The notes under the pieces: generated by a model
What the model was told of the DNA's origin: nothing
The model's database searches: none
Seen by the model: only the letters and a program-made list of their open reading frames with translations
Position numbers and translations under genes: made by a program
Part shown: piece after piece, positions 54,681 to 64,000 of the stretch
Numbering within the stretch: the stretch's first letter is position 1
Layout: each line of letters opens with the position of its first letter
Assembly (NCBI RefSeq): GCF_006345805.1
Contig: NC_043008.1
Span: 74,276,001-74,340,000, forward strand
Source: Octopus sinensis
Taxonomy: Eukaryota
Direction: 5' to 3'
DNA length: 64,000 bases

Positions 54681-54697
54681 TATATATATATATATAT

Positions 54698-54977
54698 AGT
54701 GGTTAGGGCAGCGGACTCGCGGTCGTAGGATCGCGGTTTCGATTCCCAGGCCGGGCGTTGTGAGTGTTTATTGAGCGAAAACACCTAAAAGCTCCACGAT
54801 GCTCCGGCAGAGTGTGGTGATCCCTGCTGTACTCTTTCACCACTCTTTCTCCCACTCTTTCTTCTGTTGGCCTGCTCGCTTAGCCAGCGGGGTGGCGTCA
54901 TTCGAAGGCTAAAAGAATGCGAACGCATGGTGACCAGCGATGTGTAACAACATCTGATGGTCTGGTCGGTCACGTGA
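54698..54977 (+). mobile_element. SINE with the family B head and a different 3' module
   Basis: Shares about 165 nt with the 5' part of 43126-43503, then diverges. Confidence 0.8.
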
Positions 54978-56410
54978 TATATATATACATATATATATAT
55001 ATAATATCTATATATATATATATTATGTATATATTTTATATATGTATATTATATATATATATATATATATATAAATATTTTTGAAATCATATATATATAT
55101 ATATATATATATTATGTATATATTTTATATATGTATATTATATATATATATACATATATATATATATCATATACATATGTATATTATACATGTGTATATA
55201 TAAAGGAATACCAAAAATACCAAACATCCAGACAGACGATACAAAAAATCAAGGACAAATCATTCGGAGTTTTCTTTCCTCAGTCGAGTTCCAGATTTTC
55301 TTTGCAATTTCGACTGGTTATACTCGAGTTTGCTCCAATCTGGCCAGCCCCAAAGAAAAACTAAACTAAGAGCACTAGATTCCTTGCAAGAAAGCAGCGA
55401 ATTTATACGAAAACAAGGACGTAAAAACGGAAAAATGGTACACAAATACAAATGCAAATAAAGGACATTAAAACAGGTGTCTTTCGACTAAGGACTAATT
55501 AAATTAAGCTGGTGTGTGTGTGGAAGTGAAACCTTATGGCAGGGACATAAGAGATGACAGGCATAGGGAGGAATATAGCTGTTGCATGGGTGGTAGTCGA
55601 ACCAAGAAAGAAAGGTCAGGCTTGGCCGAACACCGGTCACGTATACATACTTATATATACAATATATATGGCTGATCCATAAAAGATATAGCTATATGAA
55701 AATTAAAAATAGATATTCCTACCATTAATTGTGTATGTTCATGTAAATCAATTAATCACAAACTATTTTGCTTCCGATATTTGTCACCCGAAATAAAGGA
55801 ATGCTTGAATTTAACCAGGATATCTTCACGCATGTGCCACCAAAGTAAGGTTACTGGCGAAATAGTTACAGAATTGTAATCTCCCACACACTTGTAATTT
55901 CTCTGTACAATAACTCTGAGTAGCTCAACAAATACATTTTAATGGTAAAATTGAGATCGTTATGTATTCAAAAACATGAAAAATGCAACACAACATAAAA
56001 GCGAAAATCTGGTAAAGCGTACAATTAGAGCTATATAACTTAATATATTGTATATAGATAGACAAAATGTATAATAGTTGCAGGTGTATACAGATGCATA
56101 TATTTGTGCATCTGTTTTTGCACATGCATACACACACATATATATGCGCGCACACAGAAATATATATATGCACATATATGCAATACATACATATGTGTGT
56201 GTTCCTCAGGCACATTTTATCATAAACAGAATTCACATAAAATAGAAACGTTACATAAATGGCCGGTTCCCAGTCGAATGATTAGAACAAGTGAAATAAT
56301 AATAAGAGAGAAGAACAGTATGAAGACTGGTAGTTTATCTGTTTGTGATAGATTAAGAAAGACATCTAAACAAATAAACAGATACAGAGATAGACAGACA
56401 GACAAACTGG

Positions 56411-56478
<68 letters not shown>

Positions 56479-57212
56479 CACGCTGACAGTTATAAAACGC
56501 AACACATACACGCATCTATACAAACATAGACACACATTCTGGAAATCATGAATTTATGATGACAGCTTCTAAATAAGTTGTGTTATTTCTCGTAGAAAAT
56601 TATATTTTTTGATTATTATGACCCACACCCTTCTCCTTGGGACACAGATTTCGAAACTCAAGTCCGTTTCCCTGTAAGGCGCACCATTCCGGAGCCTTCC
56701 GGTGATATACACATAATCATACTCACATACACACTCATTTACACAGTGGAGATATATATGCATGTAGGGTATCACATACATATGTTACTTACATGAATGC
56801 ATCCAAAAGTGCATGCGCACGCACATATTGACTGATAATTATACATAATACTGAAAACTTAATCCTAAATAAAAGGGAAAAAAACGAAAATTAGAAAACA
56901 TTGATATTGTCTACCAAGATATAACTGTATCTCATTCTCTTCGCCATAATTCATATAAGACCTCATACTGCGTTCTATGTTCTGCCTGGCGTGTCGTTGA
57001 TATTAGTAGCACAGCTAGCTTCCGGTACCCCCTCACGTATGGGCATCGACTACTTCTCTCTCTCTCTCTCTAGTTTTCTTCCACTGTCTCTCTTTCAAAC
57101 ACACTCCTCCTCTCTCTCGGATGGGGTGGGGGTGTTTATCCGAGATTCAGGCATGAGCTGTTCTTATGGTTCTACGATTTCTACCTAGATAATGAGGGAA
57201 AGAATAGATAGT

Positions 57213-57267
<55 letters not shown>

Positions 57268-57339
57268 TAATAACAATAATAATAATCACCATCATCAGCA
57301 TCATTATCATCGCCATCATCTTTAACATCATCTTATCAT

Positions 57340-58300
57340 TATTATTATTATTTATTTTGTTTGCGAAGGGAATACTAAATGATGGGGACATTACAAGGTT
57401 AGTTTTTACAATTTGTGTGCGGGGTTAAATAAAAGAAATCGGCAGAAACCAAATAAAAGTAAATATAAATATAGTATACAAAATATGATGCTGTCCTCCT
57501 GACACAGGGGAATTTCCAACTACAACCTATCAAAGGACAACTCAGATCCAGCAACCTGTCACCCAGCCGTTGATCTCTAATTTTCAAGCGCATAACTAGA
57601 GTCACCAATTCACCATAACCATTTTGGTCAGTGTCACCTACCTCTGACAAATTCGCAGGGAGAGAGCACTTTCCTTTCGACTCTCACTTTCCTTTGCTAG
57701 AGGAGCTTACAATATGAGGCCTTGGACCAAGCGGAAAGTGTTTATTCTCAAACCGTTGACACTCGTGCTCTGCACAAGCTTTTCTGGCATAGCCATTTGG
57801 CCGCAGAACTAGCCTGCCCTGCCTCATTAAAGTTGAGTGATGGAATGAATCTCACCATGGACTCGACCGATTGTTGGATTCGTCCTACACGCGACAACAG
57901 TTGTTTAATATAAATCCACAAATCAGAAAATGTTCGGACACAAGGTGCATGCAGTATGGTTTTACTGCGTAAGCATCCTGAGTAGTATCCATTGGCAGTA
58001 CTTCCAAACTTGTAGAATTTATCCTGAACCTCCAGTGCTCTTCGGTAGCACTGACAGGCCATGAATGGCTGAAAGTCAACTATCGTAATTCCTAGCCCGA
58101 ATGTCCTCTGAAAGAGACGAGCTACTTCCCCTTCCTCGGCACCCCTAATTTTCCCGAGATCGACATGACTCTTATTCACTCTAGATCTCTATATATTGCT
58201 AACTTAGAGCTCCCACCGATCAAAGTGCCCGACTGGTAGTGGTCGGCGTACACCTGAGAGCATTCTAGGTGCCAGGTGCCCAGTGCGAGAAATATCATCT
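57340..58300 (-). mobile_element. L1/Tx1-clade LINE 3' end (RT-associated zinc-binding region, 3' UTR and tail)
   Basis: ORF 57748-58179 reads ACQCYRRALEVQDKF...GCLRSKTILHAPCV...LWIYIKQLLSRVG (zf-RVT-like). A T-rich 3' UTR ends in AAAATAAATAATAA. Confidence 0.7.
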
Positions 58301-58367
58301 GACGCTTATTGCCCTGTACCAATCGACCGATGCTGTCATAGAATGATGGATGTGATTTCCTTTAAAA

Positions 58368-58437
58368 TGACTACCACTAATGCTGCTATTGCTATTACCA
58401 TTACTACCACCACCGATACTACTACTACTACCACAAC

Positions 58438-58468
<31 letters not shown>

Positions 58469-58585
58469 AAGAAGAAAAAGAAGAACAAGTAGAAGAAGAA
58501 GAAGAAGAAGAAGAAGAACAACAACAACAACAAGAACAAGAACAAGAACAAGAACAAGAACAACAACAACAACAACAACAACAAC
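58368..58585. repeat. Compound (CTA)/(GAA)n/(CAA)n microsatellite
   Basis: Directly visible. Confidence 0.95.
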
Positions 58586-58813
58586 TTGTTGTTTATTTTA
58601 TTATTGTTGCAATTGTTATTAGTGTTTTATTTATATTGCCGCTCTTAATTTTAGGATCATTATCATTCCTTATATATAGATACTGAAAACACTAGTCACA
58701 ACTAAAATAGCACCAGTAATAAGAATATACATGGAACATGCCGTAAGTAAATGATAAATAATTTTCAAGATGCAGACAAAAGAGAAAATTATGACACCTA
58801 AACTTATCTATAT

Positions 58814-59730
58814 TGTTACGCCGTACACGGCCTCTCGAATCCACCTACAATAGGTCAGAATCTGTGTAGGTGAGCTCAGCAAACCAGCTCGCTTAGAATG
58901 GAAGAAGCAGTAGTCAAAGAAGTCAGAAGAGTTGCAATAACATATAACACAGTTGAGTATAACCAAAATAAAAGAACTTTAATCAAGAGGCCAATAGCAA
59001 TTATGGAATAAATAAACAGTTATCTAGAGAGTTTTAGAGAGTTCTTTCGCTTACCTCTGAAATATGTAGACTTCTTTTGATGACTTTTTTTATATTCACC
59101 AGACAAATGATTTATTTTCTATCTCCTCTTTTTATCTCTTTTTTCCCCAACTGGACTTCCGAATTCACGGTACCATTACGCATTCTTTACGTTGCCAAGT
59201 TCACACTATTTTCGCAGCAAGTTTGAAACCTTCCACCTTACAACGACACCGTTGTTCGCTTTGACTCGACTCATTCACCGTCGCATCGAACCGACCTATA
59301 ACCGTTCTCCTCGCAGCAGAAAATGCCACTGTTCCCATTAACCACTGACATATCCCACTTCTGACACCAAGTACTATGTCACATGTTCAACACGAATTGC
59401 CCGGCATCGATTCACACATCAACCGCATGCCATGGACCTCGAAACATCAATTTACGTAAACCTCTCACGTCGACTTCTCGGCACATCACACGTCAATGGC
59501 GCACATCGTCTTCCAGTTGACTCTGAACAACCGATTCTCTCAGCTCCCGGCACAAAGCTAACTCGCCACGTGGGCAATAGTAGCCTTTATAGTTCGCACA
59601 CACCGTGAAAGCGGACAAAATCATACCACCTACGCTTTAAATAGCCACGTGATTACAAAGACTGTTTTTTTCGTCTTCGCTTGCAAAACCAGAGAAAAGT
59701 ATCTGAATATAATCTTATTCGTTCATAACA
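58814..59730 (-). mobile_element. Probable solo LTR (917 bp)
   Basis: TGTTACG...CATAACA termini with 4-bp flanking direct repeat ATAT/ATAT. The minus strand has TATTTAAA (about 59640) and ATTAAA (about 58980). GC-richer interior. Confidence 0.65.
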
Positions 59731-60549
59731 ATATTAAAGGAATATTCCAGAAGTAGTCTCTCTCTCCATTCTATGTCATCATATATATATGTCATCAGTC
59801 ATAAACATTAGGTTTGGCTGCGTTTTGAAAGGTTACAGATTATAATCGTTCATATAGATTTGAGTATAGTCAGGTATACATATAATGTATATACATATAA
59901 TTAAACGTCGCTGTGTCTTAATGACCTAGTTGCGAGGAGTTTAGAGGTATATGCAGAACGCATATATGTAATATACACTATTAGCAACGTTCAGCATGTA
60001 TGTTGAAGAAAACCGTAATTTCACTAGCACGGTTATATGACAGTTTAAATAGGATAAGAAAGTTTATTCGATAGCAAGATGAAACTATCTGTGGAAGTAA
60101 ATTTAAGATATCATATTTATTCTGAAAATGTTATTTAGTTTCATCATACGGAGTTGACTGTATTTTATCGTGAAACGTTTTAAAACGCATCTGTCGCGAG
60201 AATGACGACAGGATAATTTACGTAGCTAGTTCTTTAATCTGCACTAACAGGTTGAGAGTAGCATGACATAAGGTCATGAAGAATGAACACTGCAAAATAG
60301 CAATGCAGAAATGAGTGACAAGGTCCCGAGTGGCAGCTAAGTGTTACTAGATAATTTCCAAAAAATCTGGGTTAATATAACTGCCGTAAATCCGATTTTA
60401 GGCGCCTTTCTACATTAAAAAGAACATATTCACGGATACTAGAATCGGTGTATGAACAGTAAAATTGACCAATGAAAAAGCGTAAACAAAAGACAGCCGA
60501 CACGGCTTTTACATCATGCTGCTGCTACTAAAGTCTTTAACCGCTATGG

Positions 60550-61560
60550 CAGGAATGAACTCCAATACAAATAGCGTTTTAAAATTATCAACTTTTTCAA
60601 GTTGTGGCTTTCATGTAATAAACAACTAGAAACGCTGCTACAATTAATGCATGGATATATCAGCTACATTATATATTGATATGAATTTCAGATATGAAAA
60701 ATATGCTAATGCAACCTTACAAACAACAAAACATGATATGATACTAGATAAGAAAGAACTGTTAGGATATTCAACCAAACACGAACATACAAGTATTTAG
60801 ACATCACTGAATTAGACTGTGAACAAAGCAGAGATATAAAAGAAGGATTAGAATGGAATGCTATAAACGCATTCGATTAAATACAAAAGCGAACATGTGG
60901 TAATAATCAGTGAGCTCTTTCTCTCTTTCTCCCTCTCTTTCTCTCTCCCTTTCTTTCTCTCTTTCAGTTATAGTTATAAAAAGTTGAACTAATGATAATG
61001 AAAAAAATAGTAAAACTGCCTACATTTAGAATACAATAAGCAAAGCCTGATATAAAAAGGCTATATTTACTATGAATACAGGGGAGTAGTGGCCTTATGT
61101 TAAACTTTTAATAAAATATAAACTGTGAAACTAAAAATATCTAGAAAAGAATTCTAGAAAATTAATACAGACAGCTACGAACCACGAGCGAAACAAATGA
61201 CTAAATTTTGTCTTCAAGGAAGCCAACAAATGCATAAATAGAAGCTGCAATGATAGAGAGTTATGAAGAAAAAAGAGAAGCGATAGAAATTGCGAAATAG
61301 ATCATCGAAACTAAAACTGAAGTAGCTTATTAGGCAAATACGAGGAAAACCCTTACATACCTAGAAAGTTTTGATTGAACACCAAAGCCTCTACATTAAA
61401 ATGCAATATCATTTGTAGTGAAGCAATGTACTGCAAATAACTGGAAAACATGGAATTTAAGAGGACACAATTCGCCATATTCAGTCTAGCTGTCACGTCT
61501 CAGCCAAGAAAACAGATATTGGCATCATGCTAGATTTGCGACTGGAAGCTATGCTAGCAG
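60550..61560 (+). mobile_element. Very old R4/Dong-like RT remnant
   Basis: TYKYLDI, ECYKRIR, KPDIKRLYL..GSSGL and TIRHIQSSC fragments. Confidence 0.5.
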
Positions 61561-61764
61561 TTTGAAATACTAACAGGAAAAAAGGAAGTACAGCCATAGA
61601 CCACAATATATCTTTATGAAAGCAAAACAACAATGCTTGTTAAAGTTATCACTACAAATTTTCTATAGAAATTATAGGCAGTACAGATTTTGTTACAACG
61701 TTTCGTATCCGAGACGCTAGATTTAAACAGCAACAATGGAATCTAAGATGAAAAATTGATAATT

Positions 61765-61810
61765 GGCGTATATGCCATATTTCAGGAGTTTCGCTCCTTC
61801 ATCAGCGACC
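61765..61810 (-). ncRNA. Type I hammerhead ribozyme with an intact core
   Basis: Minus strand GGUCG-CUGAUGA-AGGAG(CGAAA)CUCCU-GAA-AUAUG(G)CAUAU-A^CGCC. Perfect 5-bp stem II and near-palindromic stem III. Predicted cleavage is between 61769 and 61768. Confidence 0.7.
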
Positions 61811-62544
61811 ATCCAACCCATTAATCATCAACGAACACATTGCTTAAATAGCCTTTAAATATAGCCTTGTAACGTTATTTGATGAAGGAACAAAATCTAA
61901 AATTTGGCATATACGCCCATTACCCAATTTTCGTCTTCGATCTCATTGTTGGTATCTGGATACGAGACATCGTAATAAAAATCAGTGCTGGCTATACTAT
62001 CTATAGGATATCTGTTGAGATAACCTTAGCAAGTGATGTAATAACAATGCTAGCACAATAGAACATAGTATTGATTTATAAAAACGTTTAATACACTTTA
62101 TAGTATGTTATGTCTGCATAGCGAAATATGGTGTCCGTAGAGGTCATTAAGAAAAAGATATACAGTGGAGAAGACCAAGAATAACCCGCAACTATTTGCT
62201 GTCATGAACCCGCAGAAGCAGATGCAGTGTCAAAGAATCGGAGAAATATTCCAAATATAAAGACCTGGTTATAGATAATTTGATGTAGAAATGTATAACA
62301 GAAACACCGCCTAAAATAATGGAAACTGTGGTAAAGATAAAAATAAGCAAAACATGAAAACACATAGATAACCCAAACAGCAAGAGCTCCAAATATACAC
62401 AACATACAGAAAATAATGCTGTTAGGCGCTGCAACCATATTGTGCTGTATACGTTTAATAGAACAGAAACAACAAAACAAAGCACATACACAAAGCTTAA
62501 AGACATCTTCTCGGTAATGCATTGAAAGCACGCAATAAACATAA

Positions 62545-62850
62545 GGGGAGGAGTAAGTCCATCACAACGCCCCCAGTACTTGACTGGTACTTAATTTATC
62601 GACCCCGAAAGGATGAAAGGCAAAGTTGACCTCAGCAGACTTTGAACTCAGAACGTAGCCGCAGACGAAATATCGCTAAGCATTTCGCCCGGCATTCTAA
62701 CGATTCTGCCAGCTCACCGACGCGGTACTTAACCGGTGTTCCTTTAATCGATCGCCGGATGAATGAAAGGCAAAGCTGACGTTGGTGCCATTTGAACTTA
62801 GAAGATAAACAGCCGTAACAAATACCGCAGAGTATTATTCTAATTCTCAA
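62545..62850 (-). mobile_element. Family C SINE (near full length) plus a second partial copy
   Basis: Minus-strand head GGTGAGCTGGCAGAATCGTTAG...TTCTGAGTTCAAA with core GCCTTTCATCCTTTCGGGGTCGATAAATTAAGTACCAG. Confidence 0.85.
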
Positions 62851-63359
62851 AAGATTCTTCCGATTCAAATTCCTTGATTATTGTTCGAAGAGCAGTGGGT
62901 GAGAGGCCACTAAGAGTATAGATTACAAACATCATAGACGTCTGCAAGGGAACTGAAAGAACGGTAAAACTGATAGTATAGAAGTTGTAGAAAATATATG
63001 ACAGAGCTCCTAGAGAGCAGGAATGCTATCTAAAATTTCCACCGATACAGAATTCTCTCATCAGAAGTCAATGCTTTCTACTAGGTGACAAGTACATGCT
63101 AATAATAAGCCACTTCATACGGTAAAGACAGGTAAAAGCCAGAATAAACGTGAATAGGATGATGTATCTTGCTAGAAAATCTAGAAATAATACTTACATT
63201 CGAGGTAAAAAAAAATTAAGTGATGACAGCAGAAAATGGAATTGCATAAATCACACAACAGTAAAAATAATTCGCTAAATTTAACTGAGGAAGTAACTGC
63301 AATGTTAAAGCCACTAGTGAATGTATTTATATAGTAAAGGTAATAAAGAGATTTAAATT

Positions 63360-63556
63360 ATTGGTTTCAAATGTAGGCACAAGCCGGTAATTTCGGCAAT
63401 AGAGGACAAGTCAATTATATCGACCCCAGTATTCCACTGATACTTATTTTATCGACTGTAAAATGAAGAAAGACGAATTCGACCTTAGAGGGATTCGAAC
63501 GCAGAACGTAAAGACGGATGAAATTTCATTAAGAATTTTACCCGGCGTGCTAACTG
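63360..63556 (-). mobile_element. Family C SINE
   Basis: GTTTCAAATGTAGGCACAAG...TCGACCCCAGT...CCCGGCGTGCTAAC. Confidence 0.75.
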
Positions 63557-64000
63557 CCCGTCTTTAAAAAATGTTTCCATATTGGCACATATATGGCTAC
63601 TACCAATGTGTAGCTTATTTGTCGTTCTGTTAAATAATCGAACCAATGTATGGTAAAATTCGCAAAGGAAGGAACAGTAATGTTATATAAAGTATTTTGC
63701 GCATGTAATTATCCAGGTAAAGTTAATGTGAAAGGTTAAAAGATAGGCAGAGATAGTGCCACAATAAATATGTGAGTTACTTGCTTTTTGTTTACGTACT
63801 CAAGTATTTGACCCGATATTAGCTGAATGCTTAGAAATGGAAACAAAAGAGGATATTTTACAATGGAAATGGTTAATGTTTAAATATGTTCTGCATTGCT
63901 AACCATTTTATGCTGTACTAACAGCCATAGACAATATTATTAACTAACATAACTACCAGAACTACATTTGACTACTGTCTCTGTCAGAGCTCGAAAATTG

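Noticed and set aside
55200-55640. Discrete complex block with minus-strand CUGAGGA...CGAAU...GUC
   Set aside because: Probably an interspersed repeat, but GAAA and stem III are broken and the family could not be assigned.
62192-62542. Hydrophobic 116-aa and 109-aa minus-strand ORFs
   Set aside because: They reflect A-rich plus-strand composition, show no recognisable domain or splice signals, and lie among repeat debris.

Overview
This is AT-rich, microsatellite-dense eukaryotic DNA. It is most likely from a coleoid cephalopod (Octopus), an inference from the style of its tRNA-derived SINEs and repeats. There is no intact long protein-coding gene, and almost all ORFs in the track are translations of simple repeats or decayed transposons. 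The window is mostly degraded mobile DNA: several R4/Dong-like RLE LINE remnants sitting in (TAA)n tracts, RTE, CR1-like and L1/Tx1 LINE fragments, Penelope-like GIY-YIG fragments, three mariner remnants, one Tc1 remnant, a non-autonomous Helitron, long-TIR MITE/foldback elements, a probable solo LTR and at least four SINE families. The most interesting signal is non-coding: a 348-nt tandem unit (17444-18034) that carries a type I minimal hammerhead ribozyme per copy and folds into a viroid-like rod/branched structure, i.e. a candidate retrozyme producing circular RNA. Also notable are a second hammerhead with an intact core at about 61.8 kb (minus strand), a tail-to-tail inverted SINE pair at 8.0-8.8 kb, and a candidate host-gene 5' end encoding a signal peptide at 14.1-14.55 kb. 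All calls were made by eye; no searches or folding were run, and boundaries of decayed elements are approximate.
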